From assembly GCF_006345805.1 (NCBI RefSeq), contig NC_043007.1:65348001-65412000 (forward strand): DNA of 64,000 nt. Direction: 5' to 3'. This stretch comes from Octopus sinensis (taxonomy: Eukaryota). A program made the translations under genes and the position numbers. The notes beneath the pieces are model-generated. The model saw only the letters and a program-made list of their open reading frames with translations, was not told the DNA's origin and made no database searches. Below, piece by piece: positions 12,641 through 27,019 of this stretch (within the stretch, counting starts at the first letter, position 1; each line of letters opens with the position of its first letter).

Positions 12641-13022
12641 CGTGTGTGTGTGCGTGTGTTTGTATAAATTAGTGGTTTATAAAACACGGATTTAAAATTA
12701 TCCTGTCTGTTTCCTAAATAAAAACCGACACTTCAATTAGAAAAAGAAATAATTTAAGATTTGGACTCTTCTGTCCATTTTTAAGATTGGAGGGATTGAA
12801 TTATCTTACATTTGGCAACTATTTCTAGTAGGTCTAGCAACAACATAGTGGGGCATTTACTTGCTCGTGTTACAGTTGTTATTTAAATCAATGTCAACCC
12901 CGTCTGTGTAAACGTATGATCAGATACCTTCCATTCACGGCCAATCTTCCTGTTTTTCTGCAGACACCTAGCACAACATTATTGATGGGGTGTAATTTAA
13001 GAGAACTTTAGCTGCTATTTTT

Positions 13023-13247
13023 GAGCTGGCAGAAACGTTAACACGCCGGTTGAAATGCGTAGCCGTATTTCGTCTGTCGTTACGTTTCGAGTTCAAATTC
13101 CGCCGAGGTCGACTTTGCCTTTCATCCTTTCGGGGTCGATAAATTAAATACCAGTTAAGCACTGAGGTCGATGTAATCGACTCAATCCCTTTGTCTATCC
13201 TTGTTTGTCCCCTCTGTGTTTAGCCCCTTGTGGGCAGTAAAGAAATA
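13023..13247 (+). mobile_element. SINE copy with Tx1-like 3' tail
   Basis: Standard head and body followed by TTGTCCCCTCTGTGTTTAGCCCCTTGTGGGCAGTAAAGAAATA. Confidence 0.9.
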
Positions 13248-14272
13248 TATTTTTATTGAGACAAGCGATCACACAGACTCTTCTGTGTTGGCTCGAGATA
13301 TTAGGGTTAACTGTGATGATGTCGTTGTCGCATTTTCCACCGTCAACTAAGTTGATACTGGTGTTGCTGTTGGTAGTAGTGATGGTGTTGCTGCCATTAA
13401 TCGTGTTAACGAGCAGCGGAAGTGAATATCTCCATCATCCTACCGACGAAGAAGTTCACTCTTTTCACTTCCTTCTCTCTCTTCCTTTTTCATCTCCGCC
13501 TCCCTATCCACAGCCATTTTCGATAAATAATTTAGAGGATGATTTAATGAACGCCGCACGTAAACAAATTTTAATTGAAATTTTCATTTCAGTTGAAGAA
13601 AGAAAACTAAACTAGAACAATAATCGTTAACGGCTCACAAAAGAAAAATGGTGATGACTTCAAGACGCCTTGCTTTGTCTTGAGTCCTCGATTTCTGATA
13701 GTGTCGTAGCGGCGCCGTAGTTATATCCGGCGTGTATAGCTAACCTCACTCCTGATCAGGTTACAACCAAATTCTTCCAGAATGAGAGACAGAAAGATAG
13801 CTGGGGAAAAAAATGAAAGGATTTAAACCCAAAACATTCGGAGGTTATTCCTGGCCCTTTATTTTGTAAACTACAAGATTGTTGGAAGTTTACAGAGAAT
13901 CATGCAAGATATAAACTCCGTTGAAAATACAAATCTCCTGAATCCATTGATTCTTCAAGTGTGCTAAGTGCATATAATACTGATGGTACAGGCTTAGGAG
14001 AGAACGACTTTGAAAACTATATTCTTTAGCATATAGTTGTCATCGTTTCTGCCTTGAGACCTGTTATCTATTATTTCTAACTTTATATTGCAGAAAGTAA
14101 CAACTATTGAAGGAGCTACACTTAACGGTCTATGAGAAAATTCTGATTAGCTTCTATTTTCATTTTCATTTTGACTTGATTATTAAAATTATTGAAAATC
14201 TGATGAAAGAATAATGTAGAAAGCAAACGCTTCAAACGATATTAACTGTGAACAGAAATCTAAAGCACAATC

Positions 14273-14473
14273 TACGAAGAGAGGCTGAAAAGTTCCTGGC
14301 TTTATGTAAAAGAACATACAGAAGGATCAGTTAATTATGATTTTATTCGACATATTCCTCTCTCAGATTCACACACTTATTGCAGTGATCCTTCAGTTTT
14401 TCTAAGTCCTGTGAAAGAACTCAGAAAGTTGGGTCTCCAACCAGGACCAAGAACTTTTCGGTACACCCTCGTA
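14273..14473. mobile_element. Tc1/mariner-type MITE
   Basis: Imperfect TIRs TACGAAGAGAGGCTGAAAAGTTC and GAACTTTTCGGTACACCCTCGTA bounded by TA dinucleotides. Confidence 0.7.
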
Positions 14474-15599
14474 TCTATAATATTATTCTGCTACGACTAT
14501 ATTGGTAACATTTAAATCTTTATAAATGTATTAGTTGCCCGACTGAGCTGTGGATCCTGAAAATGCATTTGTGAAAGTGGGGTTAGAAAGAGAGAGAGGT
14601 GCAGAGAGAAAGAAAGAAAGCATCATCGATACTAGTTCATGAGCGTTATTTTATCCACTTCGAAATGATGAAAGGCAAAGTTAACCCCGGTGAAAGTTGA
14701 ATCCGCAGCGCAGAGAGTTGGAACGAATACTGCAAGAGAGGAATGGTATGAGATCGGCAATTCGTATCCGAACACTGCGGCTGGATAGGATAAAACGTAG
14801 GATAAGAGTGTGACTTTTTTTTTACATAAAAAAGGAAGATGGATCATTATACCACAGAATATCTGCTGACTTCCTTGTCAAATGCTGTTTTGTTAAATAT
14901 AGTGGCATAGTAGTAGTGGTGGTGGTGGTGGTGGTTTTGGGTCTCCACCGTTCGACATTAAGAATTCAAGTGTTCGATCAGTTGATCCAGCCGCTCGTGA
15001 ATTAACGTATAAATTGCTGAGTACTTCATTGATATCTGTATCCTTAATGCAATCTTCAGACGGAATCAGCAAGATACAGCGTGTGCCAAAACGTACCTTT
15101 TGAATTGCAGGCACATTCCATTAGACAATATTTTATAAAGATTCCATCCGCCCAGTTTCACGCACAAGATATGGGTCTACTCGAGTATTTAGAAATTTAT
15201 ATTTGCTTTAGATGCCAAACAGTAGGATCGAAATCGGGAGATCGTTGTTGCGGATCAAACATTTTAACAATTCGGCTATACTGCACTTACACTGTCATCG
15301 CATATATTCTTAGGTAAATACGAAAATGGTTGATTTCTCGTTTGACTTCCTTCGGTTACTTTTTGAAGTAATTGCCAATTATAAGAGAGAGAGGGAGAGA
15401 GAGAGAGAGAGAGAGAGATAGGGAGAGTGAAAGAGAGAGAGAGAGAAGGAGAAAAAGAGAGAGAAGGAGAAAAAGAGAGAGAAGGAGAAAAAGAGATATA
15501 TGTAAATAAATAAATAAAGGAAGAAAGAAAGAAAGAAACACGTAATTGATATTCATTACTTGACTGTAACTTTACTATCGACAATAAATATTTTCTATT

Positions 15600-16045
15600 C
15601 CTTTCTATTATAGGTACAAGGCTTCAAATTCGTAGGGAGAATGCTTGTCGATTGCATCGACCCCAGTGCTCTACTGGTACTCATTTCATCGATTCGCAGG
15701 ATTGTCCATTTTTTCCAGCCGAGTGAACTGGAGTAACATGAAACGACGTATTTTGCTCGAGAACTCAATCTTACGTTCATGAGTCTAACATCCCTAACCG
15801 CTAAGCCATGCGCGTTCACTCTTGTATATAAGTACATGATCTAAATTCACCTTCAGGCGGCGAGCTGGTAGAATCGTCAGCGCGGCGGGCACAATGCATT
15901 TCCTCCGACTCTTTACGTTCTAAACTCAAATACCGACTTTGCCCTTCATCCTTTCGGGGTTGATAAGATAAGCACCAGTTGAACGCTGGGTTCTAAGTAA
16001 TCGACTAACACCTCCTTTCAAAATTGTTGTCCATAATTTGAAACT
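15600..16045. mobile_element. Two degenerate SINE copies (minus about 15600-15810, plus about 15855-16045)
   Basis: Recognisable head and body motifs of the main SINE family. Confidence 0.75.
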
Positions 16046-16905
16046 ATTCTAAACACGGTACGGTGCGGTACCTTCGTTGACCCGAGAGATATATAATTTA
16101 TGTAAAATATATATTCAGTTTGACAGAATTTTAGAAACTGAGTTTGTCATGTCACCTGAAAGGTCAAATACTCATATGTTTCGCTATTATATGTGTGTGT
16201 GGTGGGGGTAGGGGTAGGTACATATTTGTTAACTAATTTATCTTGAAAAGCTTGTGGAATTTCCCTACTTAGACTCACATCTGTTTTGGATCATTCGTAT
16301 TAGATAACGTCGCATGAGTAATAGTATACGTTGATAAAACAGTATAATATTCCCATGTCTATGATACAAGTACGTTGTTAAATATATATATTTTGATTTG
16401 GATATATATATATATATATATATATACATGAATTTTATGCATGTATAATATAATGTATATACTCAGTTATCTAAGGTATTTGTAATATGTGAATATACAC
16501 ACATAAATAATATCATACACATAAACGCGTTCACATACACACAAAAACATACGTAACCATTAACATCATTGATTTATATATATACATATGCTTGAGTGTA
16601 TTAACATGTGTCTATACACATGTATAATCTAATCTTTCTTGCCCATATTCCGCAGTTAAATCAAGGAGTATGAACTCTTAAATCTTCAGATGCTGCTTTT
16701 GTGTCAAACTGATGTGTTCTGCCTTTTGTTCTCTTCACAAACAAACTTCCGAACAGAGAATTCTAACATTATCTTATCTTAATAGAAAAAGAAAACTAAT
16801 CAACAGCAGGGAAGAGACTCTGAAGTGAGGAGAACCTTTTCTCTGCTGTTGTCTCGACATGCTAGAAAGAATAACTATAACTCCTTCAAATCGTGCTCTG
16901 CTTAC

Positions 16906-16999
16906 TTATAAGGAGAACGAAACGTTGGATAAAGAAGACAGGATGTTCACGATTGAAATCCTTTTGATCATAAACTTCTTTTCGATCAGAGGAGTCATG
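16906..16999 (-). CDS. Candidate internal exon (HDSSDRKEVYDQKDFNREHPVFFIQRFVLLI)
   Basis: Long pyrimidine-rich tract ending aatctcag, 94 nt with only one frame open, GTAAGC donor. Confidence 0.5.
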
Positions 17000-18119
17000 C
17001 TGAGATTAAATAACAACAAAAATAATGATAACAATGGAAACAGGAAAAGGAAAACGGAGGAAAGAACTTTGTAAATGTATTTCACAGTTTTTCATAGATT
17101 TTCATTCCTCGCAAGGATGGTCGTTTGAAATTCTAAAGTGTTTTTCTTCTCTTTAAGGCCAAGAATTGGCTCAGTTGTTAGAGCGCTTGATCGAAAGTTC
17201 ATTTGTTTTTGTTTTTTTTCATTCTCAGTTCATTTCCCCGCGAAGTTAGTTTTGTCTTTCATATTTTGGGAGCAGTAGATGCTTTGTGTTCTAACAGCAA
17301 TGCCTGTGACCACACTGGTGCCAAACTATGTCGATCCAATTCGACCATCTTTCCTTTCGAAAAAAAAAAGTATTGCCCAGGCCTACGCATAAATGTGTAG
17401 CCAGATGATCTGCATTGACCGACGGAGGCCCTACATACTTCTCTTTGTTTACAGGGTGATACTTTTAAACAGGTTGGCTTTATTCAGTAAACTAGCTTAT
17501 ATTTACGAAGACATTCAATAGTAACATATTAGGAACGGTCTTAAATAAACTTGTAGCGGTCTGCATCAATAAAAATTGTGCAGTAAAGGTCATAAATTTA
17601 GTTAAGTTTTCGGTATCCTGAAAAAGGTCGAAAAGGTCAGAGGCGCTGCTCTTCTTGATTAAGCTATGGAAAAATAAAGGTGAAACAAAATTTGGTCTAG
17701 AAGAGTTGGAAAAAATTTTTTTCTGTCCACCGAAAGGTCAGTCTCGAAAGATCAGATTTCTTTTCTCCCTACGGCATGCAGACTTAAACGAACTTGTGAC
17801 CTAAGATGTCCAGTGCATTGTTATGTATTTTTCAATAATTATTCCAAGCAAGTATTTTAGTACTTGATCTACTAATGATATATAGTCTAATATTGATCTT
17901 CGCAGAGAAACTACATTCTCATATCCTTGCCATTCCTCTGAAAGTCTCCCATGCTCTAATTTCAATGATTTAGAATTACCGTTTTATGACAGAACAGTTC
18001 TTAAAATCTGTAGTACTTTCGAACCAGATGACTATCAACATGCAAACTATTGAGACTTTTCACCTGAGAAAAATTCAGTCTTAGGTTTTTGATTCTTCGC
18101 ATTATTATTATTTCATACC

Positions 18120-18330
18120 GAGGCTGCGAGCTGGCAGAATCAAGAGCTTATCAAATACTTAGCTGTATTTCCTGTAACTGAACTATGTTTCTACGTTCAA
18201 ATTCCACCGAAGTCAACTTCGCCTTATACCCTTTCAGGGTCGATAAAATAAATCACTGAGGTCGATATAATTGTCTAGCCCATTCACCCAAAATTTCAGA
18301 CTTTGTACCTGTAGTAGAACGAATTATCAT
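18120..18330 (+). mobile_element. Degenerate SINE copy
   Basis: GCGAGCTGGCAGAATC head and GTTCAAATTCCACCGAAGTC body. Confidence 0.8.
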
Positions 18331-18666
18331 TTCTTAATATTACTGGAATCTACTTTTATAATTTATTTTAGATTCTTCGGTTAAATATTCAACACTCGGT
18401 TTATTTTCATGATATATTCGGAATTAGAAAGCCAGTACTCACGAACTTAAGACAGGACACTGATATGACGAATCTACAAATGATGGGCCACTACATCAGA
18501 CATTAATAGGTCAAAATAGCAGATTATTTTCACACGTGAAACCTAATACGAATGCTTGTAACGGACTGGTCTGCGCCCGAAGCACCCAGTGGCAACAGTT
18601 TACCATAGACATAACATCTTTCAGGTTGCGTTAGTGTAATAACTAAGTTTATTACTGTTCTATGCA

Positions 18667-18750
18667 GGTACTTATTCTATCGACTCCAAACAGATGAAAA
18701 GCAGTCGACCTCGGTGGTATTCGAACTCAGAACAAAAAACTGTAAGACAT
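18667..18750 (-). repeat. Inverted duplicate of SINE segment 23845-23927
   Basis: Reverse complement is identical over about 83 bp except for a 1-nt indel, including copy-private variants. Confidence 0.95.
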
Positions 18751-18769
18751 TATATATATATATATATAT

Positions 18770-19683
18770 ATATACATGTGGCAGTGAGGCACACCTCAAA
18801 AAGGAGTGCAAATCTGCCGCAAAATTACAACAACAACAACAGCCACAGGAAAAATCACAAAAGCCAGGATTATTGCCCACACCACAATATGGACAGCTAG
18901 TCAAGAAGCTGTATGCGGAAATGCAGGAAAAACAACAAAGAACAAGCCAACCCAACCAAACAACACCAACACCAGCGCCAAGAACAGAATCACCACCACC
19001 AACAACAAATAAACCAATTCCAACACCAAGAACGACAGCAAAACCCAAAGGAACAGAAAAACAAAGAAAACACACACAAACTGATCCCCCATCCCTTATA
19101 CCGCACTCAACACACACAAACACTCAACAACCAACAACAACGAAAACAACAACACAACCACTTACACAGACATACATAGAAGCCCACAACATACCCCTAC
19201 CCCCTTCTGATTCCTCAGAAATTTCGTCGGAAGACGAAACCAGTGAGGAATGGCAAATAGCTACAAAAAGAAGGAAAATAAAGAGCAGAAACACAACCAA
19301 ACCAAATGCAAACACGAACAAAGCAGGGGGAAATACATCTCCCGAAGACATTTCAAAACCCAACGCAAACAACAGCCACACAACACCACAAACATATACA
19401 GCAAATGCTCACAGCCATAGACACCAAAAACACAAATTTGATGGAATACATCCAATCAAAAACAAACATAACAGAAGAGGACATAAAAACAACAATCACC
19501 CATACACAACACCACCAGACCACATCAAAATATTACACATCTCCAAAAGTCTCTGCCCACACACTCAAAGGCATTTTCCCCAGTGCGGTTCGTAAATGCC
19601 AAAAATATCTCACAAAGAAACTGTACTGGGATCTTCTCGAGGACAAACCAACGGAGGAGAAAGCAAAAACTTTCGAGCAGTAA
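18770..19683 (+). CDS. Tx1 ORF1 C-terminal part (partial gag-like zinc knuckle, low-complexity linker)
   Basis: YTCGSEAHLKKEC is a CX2CX4HX4C knuckle missing its first Cys. The frame is open to 19595; a second frame ends at 19683, just before ORF2. Confidence 0.75.
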
Positions 19684-19714
19684 GTAACCCTCTGTATTCT
19701 AATTCATTAGAACT

Positions 19715-22700
19715 ATGATCAAGATTGGTTGTGTAAATGCGCGTGGCTTGGGGTCCCCTTGGAAACAAGGGTACCTCTTAAATGACATAAAGTCACATAA
19801 GTTAGAAATCATAGCCATAAGCGAGACCAGACTCCACAATCCGCGGGCCCTAAAGACCATGTTTGGCGGACAGTTCAACATTTATTTTTCCCCCTGTCTG
19901 CCGAGAATGGGCGGTAGTGGCACCGCGGTACTTTTTCACAAGAGTCTGGATCTCAATGTAAGGACAATATTCGTAGACCCGGAGGGTAGACTGGTCGTCC
20001 TGGATGTCGACGGCAGCAATGGGTGCGCTTTTCGACTCGTATCAGTTTACGCACCGCCCTTAACAGGTCGGGCGGATTTCTTTCAACGTCTAGAAGTTTT
20101 CTTGGGAACGTCTCGTCCTTTACTCTTAGTGGGGGATTGGAATGCTACCTTGGACACGCATGTAGACTACGTGGGTAGAGATAGGAATAGACGGGGATGC
20201 AAAAGCCTCAGAGACCTGCTCAGACGCTTTCAACTGTCTGACAGGTTCCGACTAGACCACCCGAATGCGCCAACGTGGACATGGAGCAACCGCATCGGGT
20301 CGTCGAGATCGTATCTAGATAGGATACTGTGTAGGACAGTAGATAGAGATAGCATAGGATGTCCACAATTCCACATAGTCAGCTACACGGATCACAAACT
20401 TGTGACATGTACGCTAGACTTAGATAAGACACTTAGGCAGGGTCCCGGATACTGGAAACTAAACGCGTCTTTCCCATCGAGACAAGTTTTCAGAGACCGG
20501 ATTAGCACACTAGTAAAGAGGGCTTTGACGGGAGCCATCATCAACAACAAATGGTGGTTTGCCCTCAAGAGAGCAGTAAAAGCAGAAGCGATTAGGTACA
20601 GCAAAGCACTAGCCATAGATAGAAATAGAGTAGAGGGTGAGCTAGTTAAGAAGCTAGAAGAGGCAATTAGAAGCGGCATCGCATCCGACGTTTTGGCGGC
20701 GAGGTTGGCCCTCGACCAACACTTCAACGCCAAACACGAAGGATGTGCTGTCAGAGCTAGGATGCGTGCTCTAAGGAACGAAGGTGTTGGAGCCGCGAGA
20801 GAGGCCCGGGTGGCAGAGGCGCAACAGGGCAACAAAGCCACCATTCGGTCACTGGTAGATGAACAGGGGCGCGAATTGCTCGAGCCAAGTAAAATGTGTG
20901 AGGCCTTTCAGCAGCATTTTGCCCGACTGTTCGGAACGAGTGGAGGGCAAGAACGTAGGGTGGACTTCAGTGCCTACCTACATAGCCTACCACGACTCTC
21001 GACAAGAAAGGCAGGGTGCTGCGAAGGTGCCATCACGGCGGCGGAAGTGCGGGAAGCGATGGCAGAATGCTCGAGGGACAAATCACCGGGTTTGGATGGT
21101 CTACCCTACGAGCTTTACAATTGTATGCCAGACTTGTTTGGAGATCTCTTGGCGGCGGTGTACTGCAACTGGCAGCAAAACGGGAGCATTCCTGGTTTTG
21201 TGAGCCGAGGAGCCGTAACACTGCTGAAGAAAGATCTAAACAAGGGAAATGTAATAGATAACTTTAGGCCCATCACTCTGCTTAATGCAGACTTGAAAAT
21301 TTTGGCCAAGGTGCTAGCCAAGAGGTTGGCGCTTGTCATCGAGAAACTGGTCGACAAGGCGCAAACATGCGCCGTGCCAGGCCGGACCATCCATGACAAC
21401 CTCCATCTGATGCGCTACATCATAGACAGGGTAGTTAACGAACCTGGCATGGTGGGGCCCTGATCAACTTGGATCAATCGAAAGCCTTTGATAGGGTAGA
21501 CCATCGATACTTGGAGGCAGTCCTGAGAGCGGCTGGTTTCGGTCCCGTCTTCCGCGGCTGGATAGCTGCCTTGTACAGAGGCATCCGATCGGTAATTCGC
21601 GTAAATGGACATCTATCAAGACCTTTCGACATTGCACGTTCGGTCCGTCAGGGATGCCCCCTCTCGGCGCTTCTATACGTATTGACTCTTGAGCCACTAC
21701 TGCGGAAGCTGGCGACTCTAAGGGGCATCCCGCGAGAATTGGGATGCGGGACGAGCGTGTCTGCATACGCGGACGACGTCACCGTCATAGTGTCTAGCCA
21801 CGAGCACAGAGCTGGTCGGCGGCGAGACACTGAAAAACTACGAAGCGGTGACAGGAGCGAAAATCACCGGGAAAAGTCAGTGGGCTTGCGACTAGGCACC
21901 TGGAGAAGCAAGCCCATGCCGTCCACCAGCGCCTCCGTCGTGGACGCTGGACCGACGGCCCGGTTGAGTTGCTCGGGGTCTGGTTTGGTCCGGACCTCCA
22001 AGTGGAGAAGAACTGGAACGAGATAACGAGTAGGGTGGTCACTCTCGCCCGGCAGTGGGCCGAGAGGAAACTGTCCCTAAAAGGTCGAGCGGAGGTGGCG
22101 AACACGTACATCGCGTCCGTCATCTACTACCGCCTGACCGTCGTACCTTGTCCCGACCCTACCATCACCAAACTACAACGCATCCTCTTTCGCTTCTTGT
22201 GGAAAGGATGCGTCCCGATGGTCAGGCGATCCATTTGCTGTCAACACCCGTTAAAAGGAGGGCTGGCATGCCGTGGTTGATGATGCGCAGACACGCGCTG
22301 AGACTGCGACATCTCTGGCTCTATGTAGACGACGGTGAACAGTGTGGTCGCCGTTTGTGAGGCACGCTTTCCCGCAGCTCGTCTCCATGACCGAATTGCA
22401 GTCGTGGATCAAAAAGAGGCCGAGGAAGGGCGAATGGCACCGCGAGTGTCGCGTTGCTCTCACAACTCTGCTCTGCCGTCCTGGGTCGACCTTAAGTGAC
22501 TTCAACACAACCAAAGCATTCTATAGGGGTTTAGTGGAGGGGAGGTACGACGACGAGCTCGGGGCGAACCTGGACGTCGACGAGGAGTACCTGACCCGCC
22601 TGTTCGGGACGACTTTCGGGCCAGGGCCCATGGACAACTTCCAGAGATCCCTGGCCTGGCAGTGCTACCGAGAAGCGCTACCCGTTCGGGATAAGCTCTA

Positions 22701-23150
22701 CAGACACGGCTCGAGAAACACGGGGCCGACCTGCCCGAGATGCGGTCAGAGCGACGAAACCGTTCTGCACGCACTCGTTCAGTGTCCAACAATTTCCGAC
22801 CTGTGGGCTTATGTCGAACAACTGCTGTCACGTGTGGGACGAGTCGGTTTATCAGCTGAGTCTATCGTCAATATTGTCACGCTCCTTCCTTCAAACGGGA
22901 AGGAAGAGCTATTTTCATCATCCTTGTGGCTATGGCGAAAGAATGTATCTGGTGGACGCGTCTGAAAGGATTGGAGACAAACACTTTCCTCTCTGGTCAA
23001 TCTCTCATCAACTTCTTCAAGTACCACTTGAAAAGGAAAGTGAGAGTAGAGAGGCAAGTTTTGTCTAGCGAATGTTTTAAAAAAAGATGGGTGAATGTAG
23101 CAAGAATGGCACGTATGAATGACGAAGCCACCTTGAGCATAGTCCTATGA
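19715..23150 (+). pseudogene. Tx1 ORF2 (AP endonuclease, reverse transcriptase, C-terminal CCHC), frameshifted as assembled
   Basis: APE motifs GCVNARGL, ISET, VYAP, GDWNA, SYLDR and YTDH; RT motifs KSPGLDG, NFRPITLLN, QSKAFDRV, RQGCPLS and YADD; CPRCGQSDETVLHALVQC. Frameshifts near 21460, 21810, 21960, 22250, 22340 and 22880. Confidence 0.93.
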
Positions 23151-23359
23151 ACCCAGAAATCGAAAACAGAGAGTTGCTTATTTGCAAAAAAAAAAAAAAA
23201 AAAAAGAAATATAAAATGTGACTTCATTGACCGAGGTTACCGTGGTCTTTTCCGTAGGCTTTTCTTTCCACGGGTAAACCTCACCTGTCCTCCCCTTTAC
23301 ACTTCATATTGACATTTCTGTGATAACGATCCCTATTGATCAATTTTTTTTTCCTCTCC

Positions 23360-23400
<41 letters not shown>

Positions 23401-23462
23401 CCCCCCTTTTTTTTGTCCTCTTTCTCTCCTTTTACGATCCCTTTTGATCGAAACTCCCCCTT

Positions 23463-23497
<35 letters not shown>

Positions 23498-23567
23498 CTT
23501 CAAAAGAAAAGCTCTACCTTGTAATTTGTTCTATCTGTGTGCAGCCCTGTGTGCTAATAAAGAAACA

Positions 23568-24010
<443 letters not shown>

Positions 24011-24141
24011 GCGTTGTTGTTGCAGTTGCAAGACATTGTAGTTGGTGGATGTCTGATACACGAATCAATATTTTGAGATAGAAAATTACCGGATGTTCTT
24101 TTATAAGAACTAATAATGATTTTAATTAGTGAAATTGTGTA

Positions 24142-24174
<33 letters not shown>

Positions 24175-25169
24175 TATATAATATATATATATATGTATAT
24201 ATATATAATATATATATATATATATACATACATACACACCACACATATATATATATACATACGCGTGCAGACACGAAACGCAGGTCAAATTAAAGAAACT
24301 GATATTTACAAAGAAACCTACGTAATTGTGATGCATATAACGTAAACGGTGGTTGAGTAAGAGCGGAGGGGAGAGGAAGACAGAGAAGAAGACAGAGTGG
24401 AGGCGGAGCGGGTGACGGAGAGGAAGACGGAGAGGAAGACGGAGAGGAAGACGGAGAGAGAGAGAGTCGGAGAGTTAGACGGAGAGGGAAACGGTGAGAG
24501 TGAAGAAGAAGTGAGCGTGCACTGAGGACAGGGACAGATTATGTTAAAGAAGAATGGAGGGCGGTCCGTTCTGTGAATGTTTAGCTGACAATTACATTAA
24601 TTATGTGTAAATCAATTTCAATTAGATTTAATTATACTTGAAAAAAAAAAGAAATGAAATTAAATTAAATGAAAGAAATGAGAAAAGAAATGTTATGTTA
24701 AGTTTCTGCTGCGAATAAACTGGTTGATTTGATGAGAGGTGAAAATGGTTATGGTTAATGGGCCACTGGGTATAGAAAAGGATACATACACGCACGCGTA
24801 CGTGTGTACACACACACACACACACACACACACCACACACACATATATATATATATATATACACCGGCGATTATAATTAATTTTTATTGTATCGCATTTA
24901 TCTTTGTTTATATATATATATATATTATATAATATATATATATATTATATATATATATATATATAGTGAGAAAGATCGAAAGAGAGAGAGAGAAACAGAA
25001 TAACAGCGAGTAGAGAAATACAGGGTGGGAGGGAGAGACGTGGGAGTTTTGTTCGATATGCACACGGTAAGAGAAGAGTTTAGCAGAACTGGTTCTTTAG
25101 TGGACAAAAGAGAAAGAAATTCGCGAATATATGAATAGTGAAGGGACTGTATTCGGAAGGAAAAGATGG

Positions 25170-25229
<60 letters not shown>

Positions 25230-25250
25230 GTCTGTCTGCCTCTCTGCCTG

Positions 25251-25290
<40 letters not shown>

Positions 25291-25306
25291 CCTATCTATT
25301 TATCTA

Positions 25307-25356
<50 letters not shown>

Positions 25357-25654
25357 CCTCTGTCTGTGTGAGGTACACAGCTTGTAATTTCTCCAAGTTC
25401 CAAAACTCACAGTCCTGCGTCGCTACCTGCATAATCACCTGTAAGTAAACATAACTTGTACACCACTTCAGAACTTTGATCCTTAAAAACACTACACTTC
25501 TTGCTCAGTCCAGGTAAATATAGTCGCATCAACAGTCTCCTCAACTCCAAATACCGTGCATGGATACTTAGCACCAGTCATAATTATATCGGATCGAGTT
25601 CAGCTTGTCCATTCCAATGTAGTCGTAACTAGGCTCCATATACAGACACAGAAA

Positions 25655-26020
25655 GGCGACGAACTGGCAGAAACGTTAGCACGCCGGGCGAAATGCTTAG
25701 CGGTATTTCGTCTGCCGCTACGTTCTGAGTTCAAATTCCGCCGAGGTCGACTGTGAATTTCATCTTTTTGGGGTCGATAAATTAAGTACCAGTTACGCAC
25801 TGGGGTCGATGTAATCGACTTAATCCGTGTGTCTGTCCTTGTTTGTTCCCTCTGTGTCGGTAGTAAAGAAATAAGTATTTCGTCTGTCTTTACGTTCTGA
25901 GTTCAAATTACGCCGAGGTCGACTTTGCCTTTCATCCTTTCAGGGTCGATAAATTAAGTGCCAGTTGCGTATTGGGTTCGATGTAATCGACCGGCCTCCT
26001 CCCCCAAAAATTATGGTCTT
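25655..26020 (+). mobile_element. SINE dimer: Tx1-tailed monomer plus head-truncated monomer starting at GTATTTCGTC (25875)
   Basis: Direct inspection of the junction AGTAAAGAAATAA|GTATTTCGTCTG. Confidence 0.9.
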
Positions 26021-26385
26021 TAATTAGTCAAAAACGGATGACATACCCGAAGATTTAGATCTTTAGGCCGAACTTAGTCATTAGGCCGGATACCCATGTA
26101 CCATATATCTGTTCGATGAGGATCGAGTGAGGGCTAAAAAACATCAAAAGCTTGTTGATTGCTACCTACGCCACAACACATCAGACACCTCTTTCTATGT
26201 TTCACTCACCTCCAAGCATTCATTAAACACTATACACAATACTTTCATCGCGGAACATCAACTGCCTCGAATGACCGTTTTGTTCATGTTTGTCCATGAG
26301 GGTATGAACTAAGAAATGCCTAAATTGACCATCAACTATAGCATTCCCACTAGTCTGAGGCAGCCTGGGAATGTCATGGACTTAC

Positions 26386-26428
26386 CAACTGCACGTCAGC
26401 TTTATCAATATCATTCGTCAAGGATGAC
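26386..26428 (-). CDS. Candidate small internal exon (SSLTNDIDKADVQL)
   Basis: attctcag acceptor and GTAAGT donor; the 43-nt exon ends in phase 0, compatible with the exon at 16999. Confidence 0.4.
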
Positions 26429-27019
26429 CTGAGAATGTTATTGACTCACAAAATTATGCTCAACTTTATTTATTTCAATTGTCTGGGATGGTCTGAGAGT
26501 ATCAGGGATTCAGGAACTGACCATTAACTGTATCAGGCTCACCATTAAGTTGCGATAAATGCAATCGCAAAAGAATAGGTAGTATGGGCGTGACTTGAAT
26601 AGCCTTTGATTATAGACATGTCTGTTCTTTTAGAGTCGATTTGTGGCGAAACAATAACAGCTGCAACACAAGTCAACGAAAAGTCGTTTGATGTGCTGGA
26701 AACAGTAGCCAAATCTTTCTCCAAATTATATTCTATTGCCTAAAAAGAGGAAAGCACATTACTTTATAAGGTCCAAATTGCAGTGTCTGAATAAAATTTA
26801 GAATGGTCACAACTGGGTCTCCTATGATTACTTGTCTGTTTTATTATGGGAAACAACAACAACGACAACAACTATATCATCGTATATATCTTATTAAAGT
26901 ACAGTGTATCAATGGCCACTCCGAGTCATTTCTCACAGCTCGTATTTGTTTCATTTTATCAATATAACTTGCTTTTCACGTCCGTTTGAAGCCATCTCCT
27001 CATACACCGATTCTTTTAT

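Noticed and set aside
25400-25640. Possible mariner/maT transposase remnant on the minus strand (MTGAKYPCTVFGV)
   Set aside because: The similarity is too short and no catalytic motif is recoverable.
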